The notes: generated from the sequence alone by a model not told the origin. A stretch of 25,826 nucleotides of DNA from Candidatus Hermodarchaeota archaeon (GCA_048885925.1 JBHLLG010000037.1:1-25826); one strand, 5' to 3'. Counted from the first letter of the stretch, positions 1 to 11,049 are shown. A program made the numbers and translations.

Positions 1-210
1 TTTAAAAAGAAATTTAAATTTAAAATAAAGAAGAAATTTAATATATTTATATTTAAAGCTTGTTTATATTTTTGAAGATAGAAAAAAAGATAATACTTTA
101 TTCTGATTTAATCAATCAAATTCAATTATTTCTTTTTAAGTATTAAAAACATTAAAAGAAACTATAATAATATTAATTTATATATAAACTAACTTTTTAG
201 AGAAATGAAT

Positions 211-228
211 TAAGGTAACCCTACCTTA
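211..228. promoter_or_regulatory. Perfect 7-bp inverted repeat TAAGGTA-N4-TACCTTA; possible operator or hairpin upstream of the GTPase gene
   Basis: Seen directly in a very AT-rich non-coding stretch; function is inferred. Confidence 0.3.
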
Positions 229-384
229 GTTATAATAAGAATACAATAAAATAATAAGTACAATAATTTATAATTATAAATTGGTATTAAGTAATAAATA
301 AATGTTATAATATTAAATAATTGAAGATATTAAATTTATTCATTGTATTATTTTTGAACAGATAATCTAAGTAGGTGGGTCAAT

Positions 385-2442
385 ATTTTAAGGCTCATAC
401 AGATTTATAGAGAGAGTATCCTTATATATAAAAAGAGCTTTGGAAGAATTCCAGAAAGAGAAGTTTTTGAAAGATTAACAAAAGACTTTTTTTCAAAAGA
501 ACCTGGAGAAGTTCATTATCAAGACTATATGAATTACAGAATTTCCTATATTATTGAAAAAGATTTCAATTTATTATTTTTGTTTATTAATAGTAGAAAT
601 GATGATTATATAGTAATAAAAAAAGAAATATCCACATGTAAAGATAATTTTTTAACTCTTTTTAAAGAGAATTTAGAAAAACATATTGATTCGGATATAT
701 TAAAAGCATTTGATCCAGTAATATATTCTATTCAAAACAAATTTCCACCCGTTATTTCTTTGGTAGGAGATAAGGGGACTGGTAAAACAACAATTATTAA
801 TTTGATAAGAACAAACACTATTCCCTTCTTACATGATTCGAAAATAAGTGGAGAAATTGGCACTTTGAAGTTAGGGAAAATACATATTCTTATCCGAGAT
901 TTTACTGGGGAAGAAGAGATTGGTTTTTTATGGAACAATTTTATTAATGGTACTGATGCTGTTTTTGTTGTGGTTGATTCAAAGCCAGAAACTATAGAAA
1001 AAAGTAAATTTTTCTTGAAAAAGATTGAAGAACAGACTCCCTTTGCATATCCTGCTGTATTATGCAACAAACAGGATGTAATAAAAATATTGAATACAAC
1101 CCAAATTGAGGAGATCATGGGTTTAAAGACCTATGCAGTAATTGCTGCAAATCCAGAATATAAAGAAAAGTTAATTCATATCATTCTTGAGACTTTAGAG
1201 ATGTATGATGAAACTTTACCACTCTTAAATCTACTATATGAAAGAGACCTTTTGATAAAAGAATTTGAGGAAGAATTAATTAAAGCAAACTTTGAAAAAG
1301 CTAATTCTCTTTATGAAAAAATTTTTGATGTTTGTTCTATAGTAGGAGATAATCCTCTTGAAATGGAATTCCATAAAAAATATCAAGAGATGAAGATTAA
1401 ATTAAAAGAATCTAAAGATTTTCAAGAATTACTAACTTCTAAAGCTTTTTCAACCAAAGAAGTGCCTACTAAACAAATTTCTTCATTAGAGAGTCTTTTA
1501 AAAAATTTATTATTAATTTATATGGAAAATGTTAAAGGGATAAGATCTGTAATTATAAGCGATCGAGACGGTCTTATTATAACCTCAGAGAGCCGTAAAG
1601 AAACTGAAGATGAGTCAATATTAGGAGCAATAGCAGTTACCGTTGATACCTATATTGAGAGAATTAAAAAAGAATTTGGGCGAGAAAGTAGCTTTTTTAA
1701 TATTACCACTATTCAGGATAGAAAATTTGCTTATTGTTCAAAAGGTCCAAATTCAATATTATTGACGATTTCTGACTTATCTCCTTCAGATACAGAATTG
1801 AGAATCTATTCTGAACATGTCGCTTCGAAGATAGAATTAATATTAGAAGGAAATGAAAAGGTGTCTCTCGAGATTCCGGAGATAGTAAAAGTTTTATCTA
1901 AAACTAAAGAAGGTAAGATTCCAACCGGGGATTTTTCTTTTAAATTAATCATTACTGGTGATTATTCAGTAGGTAAAACATCATTAATTCAGAGATATGT
2001 TGTAAATCTTTTCCGAGAAGTTTATCATTCTACAGTGGGAATCGAAATTTCCCAAAAAGATTTAGAATTAAGTGAAAAAACAAAAATTAGGCTAATTATA
2101 TGGGATATTGGTGGTCAATTACCTAAGATAGCTCCTTATAGAAAAAAATTTTATGAAGGAGCACAATTTGCTTTTATAGTAATAGATAGAACACGTTTAG
2201 ACAGTTTAAATAGTGTAGAAAATTGGTATAATGAAATTAAACATTTTACTGCAACAGAGGCTCAAGTTGTTTTAATTGGAAATAAATCAGATTTAGTTGA
2301 TGACTTAGTAATTAGTGAATTAGATATAAAAAAAATTGCTGATAAGAATAATTTTCATTATATAATTACTTCTGCTTTGACTGGTGAAAATGTAAATGAA
2401 GCTTTTTTATATGTTTCATATAAATTTTTAGAATCCGTTTAA
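385..2442 (+). CDS. Multidomain small GTPase: longin-like N-terminus, degenerate Arf-like GTPase, helical linker, Roadblock/LC7 domain, Rab-like GTPase
   Basis: Domain 1 has GDKGTGKT, RDFTGE and NKQD. The Roadblock-like segment is VKGIRSVIISDRDGLII. Domain 2 has GDYSVGKTS, STVG, WDIGGQ, NKSD and TSA. The frame is open from 358 and the first ATG is at 529. I place the start tentatively at ATT 385, 6 nt after AGGTGG (373-378). Confidence 0.85.
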   Translation: MLRLIQIYRESILIYKKSFGRIPEREVFERLTKDFFSKEPGEVHYQDYMNYRISYIIEKDFNLLFLFINSRNDDYIVIKKEISTCKDNFLTLFKENLEKHIDSDILKAFDPVIYSIQNKFPPVISLVGDKGTGKTTIINLIRTNTIPFLHDSKISGEIGTLKLGKIHILIRDFTGEEEIGFLWNNFINGTDAVFVVVDSKPETIEKSKFFLKKIEEQTPFAYPAVLCNKQDVIKILNTTQIEEIMGLKTYAVIAANPEYKEKLIHIILETLEMYDETLPLLNLLYERDLLIKEFEEELIKANFEKANSLYEKIFDVCSIVGDNPLEMEFHKKYQEMKIKLKESKDFQELLTSKAFSTKEVPTKQISSLESLLKNLLLIYMENVKGIRSVIISDRDGLIITSESRKETEDESILGAIAVTVDTYIERIKKEFGRESSFFNITTIQDRKFAYCSKGPNSILLTISDLSPSDTELRIYSEHVASKIELILEGNEKVSLEIPEIVKVLSKTKEGKIPTGDFSFKLIITGDYSVGKTSLIQRYVVNLFREVYHSTVGIEISQKDLELSEKTKIRLIIWDIGGQLPKIAPYRKKFYEGAQFAFIVIDRTRLDSLNSVENWYNEIKHFTATEAQVVLIGNKSDLVDDLVISELDIKKIADKNNFHYIITSALTGENVNEAFLYVSYKFLESV

Positions 2443-2514
2443 GGTTTAGATTTTTTTAAATTATATAGGATAATGATTATTTAAGTAAGGGATAAAACAA
2501 AAAATTTTCAGCTA

Positions 2515-3300
2515 TTATTTGTTAGATTTCAATTCATCAATTATTTTATCTTTTTTTTTCAACAAATCCTCTAAAAAATTAATTTTATTTTGAAATTCAC
2601 TCATTTCTATATCATACCTTATTTTATCTCTCTGAGATACTTTGTATTTATTCAATTCACCTTTTAGATCTTCAATCTGTTTTTTATTTTTTTCGAGCTC
2701 CTTTTGTACTCTAGAATTTAGATCTTTTCTTATTTTTTTATTGATCTTACCTTCTATTATTAAATTTCCAGTTTTTAATTCTTGATTTAATTCTACAATG
2801 TTTAAATTTAAACTTTTAATTCGATCCTCTTTTTTTTCCAGTTCTTTTTTTAAATTTCCCATTATAATCTCGTGTGTATAAAGCTCTTTTCGTAATTCAT
2901 TAATTTCAGATTCAAGATTTAATATATAATCGACAGAATCTTGTCTTTGCCTTACTTCTTCTATAGATTTTGCAGAGGGTATACTAATTTTTTTAAATTC
3001 TTCTAGTTCTCTTTGGAGAATTACTTTTTCTTGTCTTAAAAATCCCATACGATTTTTTAAATCTCTTATTTCCCTCTCTTTCTCTTTTAATTCAAAAATA
3101 AATTTCGATTCAATCATTTTTACAATACTTTCATTGGAGGGTGTTTTTGAAATAAGTTCATGGAGTTTCATAAGTTCTTCCTCTAAATCATTGATCTTAT
3201 CAAGATATAGAATTATTTCTTGATCTTTTTTATCTAACTCCAAATCAAATTTATCTCTCTGAATCTTTAAACGATTTAAATTACTATCATCATCCTTCAT
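2515..3300 (-). CDS. Coiled-coil protein of unknown function
   Basis: E/K/L-rich heptad-like sequence along its whole length; ATG at 3300 preferred over TTG at 3315. Confidence 0.75.
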   Translation of the reverse strand: MKDDDSNLNRLKIQRDKFDLELDKKDQEIILYLDKINDLEEELMKLHELISKTPSNESIVKMIESKFIFELKEKEREIRDLKNRMGFLRQEKVILQRELEEFKKISIPSAKSIEEVRQRQDSVDYILNLESEINELRKELYTHEIIMGNLKKELEKKEDRIKSLNLNIVELNQELKTGNLIIEGKINKKIRKDLNSRVQKELEKNKKQIEDLKGELNKYKVSQRDKIRYDIEMSEFQNKINFLEDLLKKKDKIIDELKSNK

Positions 3301-3469
3301 AATAGATCTACGCAAACAAATAGAAAATCTGCTATATATTGATTAAATAAAAAAATTTTTTTTTCTAAATTAATTCAATCTAAATTTATTTATATAAATT
3401 ATTTTTTGAAATAATCAGATTTGAACATTTTGAAGATTTTATAGAAAAAAAGGTATATAAAATCATGAA

Positions 3470-4546
3470 TTAATTATCATCTGTATTATTAAAAACATAT
3501 TTATCATGATTAAGTATAAATATATTCCTATGTTCACTAAAACTTTCTATTGAATATAATAATAATTGAATCTCTTGTTTTGTAATAACAGGAAATTTAT
3601 AGTAATTTGAAGAATATTTAAAAAATTTATTTTCCTTCTTATATCTCTTAATGAATTCAACATGCTGGTTTAATCTATTACTATTAATATCATTATTTAA
3701 TTGTTTGAGTTTCCTTATGTTTCTTTTAAATACTTCCATAAATCCAGAGTTAATTTCATATCCTATTGAATTTCTTGCAGAAAGCATGGCAGCCAATGAG
3801 GTTGTTCCTGTTCCCCAAAATGGATCTAAAACTATATCTTCATATATTGAAAACATATTAATCAAACGATAAGGAATTTCTAAAGGAAAAGCCGCGGTTC
3901 GGTTTCTTAAATTCTTTTTATCATTCTTATTTTTATAGGTATTCTGTGGTATTCCCCTTATATCTTCCCAAATATCTGAAAACCATTTATTCCTTTCTTC
4001 CCAAAAAAAGGCGCTATTGTATCTATTTTTCAAGTTAGGCAATATTTTCCTGTTAATATTTCCTTTTTTAAAAATTAAGATATATTCATGCTCTAATGTA
4101 ACATACGCATTAGGAGGTAACATCCCAGATCCTAAGAATTTATTCGGACTATTTGTGGGTTTTCTCCATAGTATACAAGGTAATTCGATAAAATTATTGT
4201 TTAAGAAAAAATTTGTTATTTTAACATGATTAGGATATAATTGAAAATTTCCACCAATTTTTCTTGTAGCATCTCCAATATTTACACACACTATTCCTCC
4301 CAATCTTAAAACTCGTCCTACTTCACTCCATACTTTTTCAAGTTCTTCATGCATCAAATTAAATGCTTTTTTACCATTGCTTTCTTGGAGTGATCGTTTA
4401 ATTTCATCATTCAAGGAAGAGTATAATAAATCCCACATCTCAATCATAGGATAAGGTGGTGAAGTTATCATTAGATCTATTGAATCAGAGTCTAACTCGC
4501 ACATGTTAGATGAATTTTTAAAATATATCCTATGAGCTGTTTTCAT
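3470..4546 (-). CDS. Site-specific DNA amino-methyltransferase, beta class (N4-cytosine/N6-adenine family)
   Basis: Catalytic TSPPY near the N-terminus and SAM-binding VLDPFWGTGTT near the C-terminus. Confidence 0.9.
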   Translation of the reverse strand: MKTAHRIYFKNSSNMCELDSDSIDLMITSPPYPMIEMWDLLYSSLNDEIKRSLQESNGKKAFNLMHEELEKVWSEVGRVLRLGGIVCVNIGDATRKIGGNFQLYPNHVKITNFFLNNNFIELPCILWRKPTNSPNKFLGSGMLPPNAYVTLEHEYILIFKKGNINRKILPNLKNRYNSAFFWEERNKWFSDIWEDIRGIPQNTYKNKNDKKNLRNRTAAFPLEIPYRLINMFSIYEDIVLDPFWGTGTTSLAAMLSARNSIGYEINSGFMEVFKRNIRKLKQLNNDINSNRLNQHVEFIKRYKKENKFFKYSSNYYKFPVITKQEIQLLLYSIESFSEHRNIFILNHDKYVFNNTDDN

Positions 4547-4665
4547 TACAGTTTTTTGATTTTTCTTATTACTTTTTGTTAATCTTTAAAAATTTAAAAT
4601 TCAAATTCTATACAACAATATTTTATTTAGAATTTATATAAATTATTATCTAACTATAGATAAAA

Positions 4666-6186
4666 ATGAGTCGTAGTGCTAAAGTTAACCAAGTTATTCT
4701 GATTATTCTTGATGATGTTCGGGCGGGACATATATTCAAATTAATGAAGGAAGAAAAACTTCCAAATATAACACAAATTACCGATAATGGTATTGCGTGT
4801 TCAAATTGTATTACTTCCTATCCAGCTATAACTTTTCCTTGTTATGGTAATATAGTCACTGGTTCTTATTCAGGATATTTTCCAAAAGAAGGAAGCGCTG
4901 TTCCAATGTATCATTGGATGAATAGAATGGACCCTCCCTCAACGAGTAAAAAACCACCTTTTATCCGTAATTATGGAGATAGATCCCAATTATTAAAAAT
5001 AAACAACGATATTGGAAAAAATGTAAAAACATTATTTGAACAGGCACCCCACGGAAATTCTTTAAGTTCTAGTTGTTTTTTATTTCGTGGAGCTTATTTT
5101 GTTGCAGGAAAAAGTGTTATTGACGTAGAGGGTATCTTTAAAAATATAGCAGATGCATTTGAATATCCTAGATATTTTTTTGCAAATAATGAAGTTCCCT
5201 TGATAAGTGTAGGTTATGTATTCCAAACCGATGATATTATACATCAAAAAGGATTTGATAATCCCGAATATTTCAATCTTATAATTGAATGTGATAAATA
5301 TCTAGGAGCTTTAATAAATACATTGAAAAAGACTGGATATTATGATTCTACAGCTATTGGTATAATTTCAGACCATGGTAATTTTAAAGCAAAGGAGCAC
5401 TTCGACCTAGAGCCATTTTTCCAACAAAAGGGGCTGAAACCATACATCTCTCATAAAGGGATTGGAGATTTTGATTGTAATATTGGCTCAGTTGGTTTTT
5501 TTAATTTTTCAGGAGATACTTGGTATCACCATCCCACATTTCAACAACTACAGAAATTCAAACCGAGTGGTGCTGGAAAGCAAACACTAAATCTTTTTGA
5601 AACATTATGGGAAATTCCAGGAGTTAAATATATGTACTATAGAGATGATGATAATAAACCTGAAAAAGGGACAATTCATATTGAATATAAAGAAAAAAAA
5701 TCGGGGAAAATAATAAGAGGATCAATTGAATATCATGGCTTTGGAAAAGAACAAAAAACTAGATATACTTTTAATGGGAATGACTTTTATGGTTATAATA
5801 AAAATGAGAAATCAACACAATTACTTGATAATAGATTTCATTCCCTTGAAGAATGGTTAGAAGCTACAAATCAAATCAATTTTCCTATAATAATAGATCA
5901 AATTCCTAGATATTTTAAGAATCCTAGATCCTGTGATATTATAATCTCGACATTAGGAGAATATAATTTCAATTATGAGCACGGAAAGACTATGAATAGT
6001 TCTCTCTATTCTCACGATAATGGATTGAGAGAGTCAATGATCGTTCCATTCATTATTGGGTGTTCTCCAGAAGTTCCATCAAAAAAATTAGTATATTGTA
6101 AAACAACTGATATGGTTCCAACTCTCTTGGATTTATTAGGAATTATACCACACTCAAGTGTGATAGGGAAATCTGTATTGAAATAG
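4666..6186 (+). CDS. Alkaline phosphatase superfamily protein (nucleotide pyrophosphatase/phosphodiesterase-like)
   Basis: IILDD, YPAITFP (Thr nucleophile), TDDIIH, ISDHG, SHD and DMVPTLLDLLG motifs. Confidence 0.85.
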   Translation: MSRSAKVNQVILIILDDVRAGHIFKLMKEEKLPNITQITDNGIACSNCITSYPAITFPCYGNIVTGSYSGYFPKEGSAVPMYHWMNRMDPPSTSKKPPFIRNYGDRSQLLKINNDIGKNVKTLFEQAPHGNSLSSSCFLFRGAYFVAGKSVIDVEGIFKNIADAFEYPRYFFANNEVPLISVGYVFQTDDIIHQKGFDNPEYFNLIIECDKYLGALINTLKKTGYYDSTAIGIISDHGNFKAKEHFDLEPFFQQKGLKPYISHKGIGDFDCNIGSVGFFNFSGDTWYHHPTFQQLQKFKPSGAGKQTLNLFETLWEIPGVKYMYYRDDDNKPEKGTIHIEYKEKKSGKIIRGSIEYHGFGKEQKTRYTFNGNDFYGYNKNEKSTQLLDNRFHSLEEWLEATNQINFPIIIDQIPRYFKNPRSCDIIISTLGEYNFNYEHGKTMNSSLYSHDNGLRESMIVPFIIGCSPEVPSKKLVYCKTTDMVPTLLDLLGIIPHSSVIGKSVLK

Positions 6187-6331
6187 GTTTATCATATATC
6201 TATTAAACTCAAAATTTTTTTAGACAAATTCTTCAATAATTAATATAAAAAGTAATTAGTAATAGACAATTTGCTAAATATGAATATTATATTGACGATT
6301 TTACATTAAATAAAAATAGTTATTAGCTCTT

Positions 6332-9127
6332 ATGAAAGCAACTAACATTATAATTGTACCTGAAACTCATTGGGACCGTGAATGGTATCTTACTTTTCAA
6401 GAATTTCGCGCAAAACTAGTCATAATGATTGACAAGTTATTAGAAATTTTAAGAACTGACCCAGATTATAAAAATTTTGTTTTAGATGGACAAGTAATTC
6501 CGATTGAAGATTATTTAGAAGTAAGACCGGAGAGAGAAGAAGAAATTAAGAGATATGTAAAGGAACGAAGACTCTCTATTGGACCCATGTATGTATTGCC
6601 TGATGAGTTTTTAGTTAGTGGTGAATCATTAGTACGAAATTTTTTAATCGGGCATCAGTTAGCAAGAAAATTCGGGAGAGTTATGCAAACTGCTTATATT
6701 CCAGATCCTTTTGGACACATTGCTCAACTTCCACAAATTGTGCACAATTTTGAACTTTCATCAATTATTTTTGAAAGAGGGTTTGGAAATGAGTTTGAAG
6801 AGAATGGACTAAATATGGAATTTATTTGGGAATCTCCAGGAAAATCAGCGTCACTCTTAGCTATTCATCTAGTTAGAGGTTATGGTTCTTTACAAGATCT
6901 AGATCTTTCTTTAAAGGATGGCAAATATATAGAGGCATTGAATAAGATAAAGAGAGTAACCTCTGATATAGAAAATTATATTGCTACACCTATTGTACTA
7001 CTTAATAATGGTAGTGATCATCGGGAAGCATGTCCAGTTATTTCTGAAATAGTAAAACAATGGAATGAGTTAAATCCTGATATATTATTAGAGCAAAATG
7101 ACTTCGAATATTATATTAATAAAGTTATTTCTATAAAACCAAAATTAAAATCCTTTCAGGGTGAACTCCGAGCTAGTAAATATTCACCTGTTCTTTCGGG
7201 AGTACTTTCGGCAAGAATGTGGATAAAGCAAAGAAATACAGAAATAGAATATTTATATGAAAAATACGCTGAACCCTTTTCAACAATTACATGGATTTTT
7301 GATAAATATCAGAAGTTTGTTTATCCTAAGGAGTATTTTCGTACTGGGTTGAAATGGTTAATTAAAAATCATCCTCATGATTCAATATGTGGATGTAGCA
7401 TAGATCAAGTACATAATGAAATGATAACTCGATTTGATTGGGCTGAACAAATAGGAACAGAGGTATTTAATTTATCCATTTCTTATCTTGCTAATTTAAT
7501 TAAGCTTAAGCCTCAAAGTATTAATAGAATTGCCTTAATAGTTATAAATCCTTTACCATGGAAACGTAGAGATATCGTAATTTTCAATGGAATTTCAATG
7601 AAAAAAAATCAATCTCTCAAATTTCCTATAAGTTTTAAAATTGTAGATTCTGATGACAATGAGATTGAATACCAGAGTTTTTATCTAAAACAGAATGCTA
7701 GATTTCGCAGGGAAACCGATATAAACCATCAATTTTTCTTCTTAGCTGATACTCCCGCATGTGGTTTTAAGGTATATTACATCATACTTGAAGAGGAAAT
7801 TAACAAAAATCAAAATTCTAACAAAGAATTCGTTTTGGATGGAAATTTAATTGAGAATATCTTCTATAAAGTTGAAGTAAAAAGAAATGGTCAAATCAAC
7901 ATTTATGACAAAAAACGAGATATTTGGTATGAAGATATTTGCCAATTTGAAGATGTAGCTGACTGGGGGGATGAATACAATTTTTCAGGACCTACAAGTA
8001 AACAGATAGACAAGATATATACAACCAAAGATTCTGAAGTAGTAGAAATTTTAACTTTTCTAAACGGACCCTCTCATAAAATGATAAAGATCAAGTTGAT
8101 ATTGAAATTACCGGCTGCATTAACAGAAAATCGGTTAGGGAGAGAAAAGAAATTAGTTGAAAATTATATTGATCTTTATATTTCATTATACAAAAATATT
8201 AATCGAATAGATTTTAAAATCGATCTTGAAAATAACAGTAAGGATCACAGAATTAGAGTCCTCTTTCCCTCTAAAATTGAATCCGAAAAAATCTGGTGTG
8301 ATGGACACTTTTATATTGTTTCTAGAAATATTCTCTTACCAAATGGTAAACGTTGGGCTGAAAAACCTTCACGAACAAATCATCAAAAGGATTTTATAGC
8401 TTTAAATGATAATTCTAAATGTTTTGCAATTTTAAATCGAGGGTTACCTGAATATGAAGCAATAAAGAATGAGGATGGAACAATAACAATAGCCTTGACT
8501 CTGTTACGCTGTATTGAGTGGCTGTCAAGACAAAATCTAGATTGTAGAAGGAATGATGCAGGTCCAAGCCTTAAAACTCCTGGAGCTCAATGTATCGGAT
8601 CCCACGCATTTGACTTCTCATTAATTATTGAAGAATTTGAAAATAATTGGTTGGATTCAAAAATCCATATCAAGGGAAAAGAATTTAACTGTCCCTTAAG
8701 ACCCATATTCCCTTTAATGTTTAAATCACCTCTACGGAGAGCTGACTTATTATTGCTATCACGAATGGGTGTTTTATCTAATTCAAAAATATTGCCAGAA
8801 AAGAATAACGATTCCTATTTACCTAGTGAAATAAGTTTTCTTGAAATAGATAATAAAAATATTATGCTAAGCGCTTTAAAAAAATCAGAAGTAGGAGAAA
8901 GTCTAATTATTCGAATCTATAATATATCCCCTTCTTTAGAAAGTGCAAATTTGATTTTTTATAAGACTTTAGTTTTAAAAAAGGTTGAAATTGTAAATTT
9001 CTTAGAGGAAAGTCCAAAAATTCAAATTAAGGCTAAAATTCATAGTTTTCATAAAAATAATCTTAAAATAATATTAGAACCATATGTAATCGCTACATTT
9101 AAAATTGAATTTGATAAAATAAAGTGA
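6332..9127 (+). CDS. Alpha-mannosidase, glycoside hydrolase family 38
   Basis: THWDREW, LDGQ, PDPFGH, NGSDH and HDSICGCSID motifs. Confidence 0.93.
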   Translation: MKATNIIIVPETHWDREWYLTFQEFRAKLVIMIDKLLEILRTDPDYKNFVLDGQVIPIEDYLEVRPEREEEIKRYVKERRLSIGPMYVLPDEFLVSGESLVRNFLIGHQLARKFGRVMQTAYIPDPFGHIAQLPQIVHNFELSSIIFERGFGNEFEENGLNMEFIWESPGKSASLLAIHLVRGYGSLQDLDLSLKDGKYIEALNKIKRVTSDIENYIATPIVLLNNGSDHREACPVISEIVKQWNELNPDILLEQNDFEYYINKVISIKPKLKSFQGELRASKYSPVLSGVLSARMWIKQRNTEIEYLYEKYAEPFSTITWIFDKYQKFVYPKEYFRTGLKWLIKNHPHDSICGCSIDQVHNEMITRFDWAEQIGTEVFNLSISYLANLIKLKPQSINRIALIVINPLPWKRRDIVIFNGISMKKNQSLKFPISFKIVDSDDNEIEYQSFYLKQNARFRRETDINHQFFFLADTPACGFKVYYIILEEEINKNQNSNKEFVLDGNLIENIFYKVEVKRNGQINIYDKKRDIWYEDICQFEDVADWGDEYNFSGPTSKQIDKIYTTKDSEVVEILTFLNGPSHKMIKIKLILKLPAALTENRLGREKKLVENYIDLYISLYKNINRIDFKIDLENNSKDHRIRVLFPSKIESEKIWCDGHFYIVSRNILLPNGKRWAEKPSRTNHQKDFIALNDNSKCFAILNRGLPEYEAIKNEDGTITIALTLLRCIEWLSRQNLDCRRNDAGPSLKTPGAQCIGSHAFDFSLIIEEFENNWLDSKIHIKGKEFNCPLRPIFPLMFKSPLRRADLLLLSRMGVLSNSKILPEKNNDSYLPSEISFLEIDNKNIMLSALKKSEVGESLIIRIYNISPSLESANLIFYKTLVLKKVEIVNFLEESPKIQIKAKIHSFHKNNLKIILEPYVIATFKIEFDKIK

Positions 9128-9726
9128 AATCAATAATGTGGAAAGAAAAAATTTTAGACTTAGTGAAAGATTTTGAACATCCCGCATGGGGTTTTTCACA
9201 CTTTAATCGGATACTTGAACTATCTTTTAAGTTAGCGAAAGAACAATCTATTGAAGTTGATTACGATTCTTTATATGCTGCAGCTTATCTTCATGATATT
9301 GGGGCGTTCAAACCTTATAGTCAAAATGGGAGAGATCATTCTGAAGTTGCAATAGAAAATTGTGATGAAATACTTGGTTCAACAGATTTCCCAAAAGAAA
9401 AAATTCCTTTAGTTAAAGAAATAATTAGAAGCCACATGTTTAATGCGGAAGTCGGTAGAAGTGTTGAATCTAAAATTTTCCATGATGCTGATACTCTTGA
9501 TTTTTTGGGAATAATTGGAATCACTCGTATACTTTCTATTGTTGGCAATGCTGATTGGACACCAAATCTCAAAAGTGCCATAGATTTGATTGAAAAATTC
9601 AGCAAAAATTTGCCTCCAAAATTACAAACTGAATCAGCTAAAGAAATGGGAAAATATAGGCAAAAAGAAATGATTAAATATTTACAAAAATTAAGAAATG
9701 AAACAAATAATCTCGAATTAATTTAA
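9124..9726 (+). CDS. HD-domain phosphohydrolase family protein
   Basis: H...H, AAYLHDIG, RSHM and HDADTLDFLG motifs; GTGA start/stop overlap with the GH38 gene. Confidence 0.88.
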   Translation: MKSIMWKEKILDLVKDFEHPAWGFSHFNRILELSFKLAKEQSIEVDYDSLYAAAYLHDIGAFKPYSQNGRDHSEVAIENCDEILGSTDFPKEKIPLVKEIIRSHMFNAEVGRSVESKIFHDADTLDFLGIIGITRILSIVGNADWTPNLKSAIDLIEKFSKNLPPKLQTESAKEMGKYRQKEMIKYLQKLRNETNNLELI

Positions 9727-9738
9727 TTATGATTTTTT

Positions 9739-10857
9739 ATGAAAAATTCTGAAATTGATTTTGATATATTTATTATAGGTGCAGGTCCTGGAGGTTCTAT
9801 CGCAGGCAAGGTAGCTGCTGATAATGGTTACTCAACATGTATTATAGAAAAAGATGTGATTGGAGAGAAAGGGCGGTATAAGGCTTGTGGAGGAGCTATA
9901 GCGTGGGAATTAATAGAAGAAATAGATTATCCTGAAGAAAAGGTAAGCCGTAATTTTGAATCTTTAGAGCTTCATCATGTTGATGGAGATAAATACTCTA
10001 AAAAAGGAAAAGGAGCTACTATATGGAGAAATACTTTTGATAAATTTCTTAGCGATATGGCAGTTAATAGTGGAGCAATTCTGAAAGAAATGGAACCCTT
10101 AATTAATATTGAGAATAAAAATGGACATTATAGAATTAGCACAAAAAAGGGAAAATATAATGCAAAATATATTATTGCCTCCGATGGAGCCACTTCTACA
10201 ACTCTGAAATTATTAGGATGGCCATATTTCGAAAAAGAGAATATAATTTTGACTATTACTAAAGAAATGAAAACATCTAGTGAAATCATAAATCAAGAAT
10301 TAGGTAGCGACGCAATTCATGCATTTTTCGGTATAAAAAACCTTATACCTGTTGGTTATGCATGGTTATTTCCGAAGTCTGAAACAATAACGGTAGGATG
10401 GGGGAACCAGATAAATCTAGTTAAAAATTCAAGGGAAGAATTTAAAAAATTTGAAAACCTACCCTTTGTTAAAAAATCCCTGAAAAACTCTGAATTAACT
10501 ATTTTCAAACCGCATCTCATTCCAGTTGGTTTACGACCTATACTTTATGACGATAAAGTATTTGCTATAGGTGATGCTGCGGGAATAGTAGATCCTATTA
10601 CGGGAAAAGGAATACCCTATGCAATGATGAGTGGCCAAATAGCAATTGAAACTATTATACAGTGTGAGAAAAAGGATAAATTGGACAAACTTGGCATTTA
10701 TTATGAGAAAAACCTAGATAGAAAATTTCTTCGTGTTCTTAAAGCTAAAAGAATTGTTCGCAATCTAATTTTCCAAAGTGATGAGAATTTAAAAAAATTT
10801 TTATCTCTTTGGGAGAGATATCGTAGTTCTGAAATAGTAATGAAAAGGCTGATGTAA
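9739..10857 (+). CDS. Geranylgeranyl reductase family FAD-dependent oxidoreductase
   Basis: GAGPGG, KACGG, ASDG, GYAWLFPK and GDAAGIVDPITGKGI motifs; the actual substrate is not determinable. Confidence 0.85.
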   Translation: MKNSEIDFDIFIIGAGPGGSIAGKVAADNGYSTCIIEKDVIGEKGRYKACGGAIAWELIEEIDYPEEKVSRNFESLELHHVDGDKYSKKGKGATIWRNTFDKFLSDMAVNSGAILKEMEPLINIENKNGHYRISTKKGKYNAKYIIASDGATSTTLKLLGWPYFEKENIILTITKEMKTSSEIINQELGSDAIHAFFGIKNLIPVGYAWLFPKSETITVGWGNQINLVKNSREEFKKFENLPFVKKSLKNSELTIFKPHLIPVGLRPILYDDKVFAIGDAAGIVDPITGKGIPYAMMSGQIAIETIIQCEKKDKLDKLGIYYEKNLDRKFLRVLKAKRIVRNLIFQSDENLKKFLSLWERYRSSEIVMKRLM

Positions 10858-11049
10858 CTTTTCTCTACGAAGTTAATTATTGATATTAATACATTTTAGA
10901 AATTATTTAAAAGTACAGTTCTATAATAAAATAAATTTCAAATTAATCTCTAATGGTTAAGAATATTGAAAGTTTGGAATACCTTTTATTTTAATAAAAT
11001 AAATACAATATGCTCATTGTTAAAAAAAATGTAAAGAATGTGTATTTTT

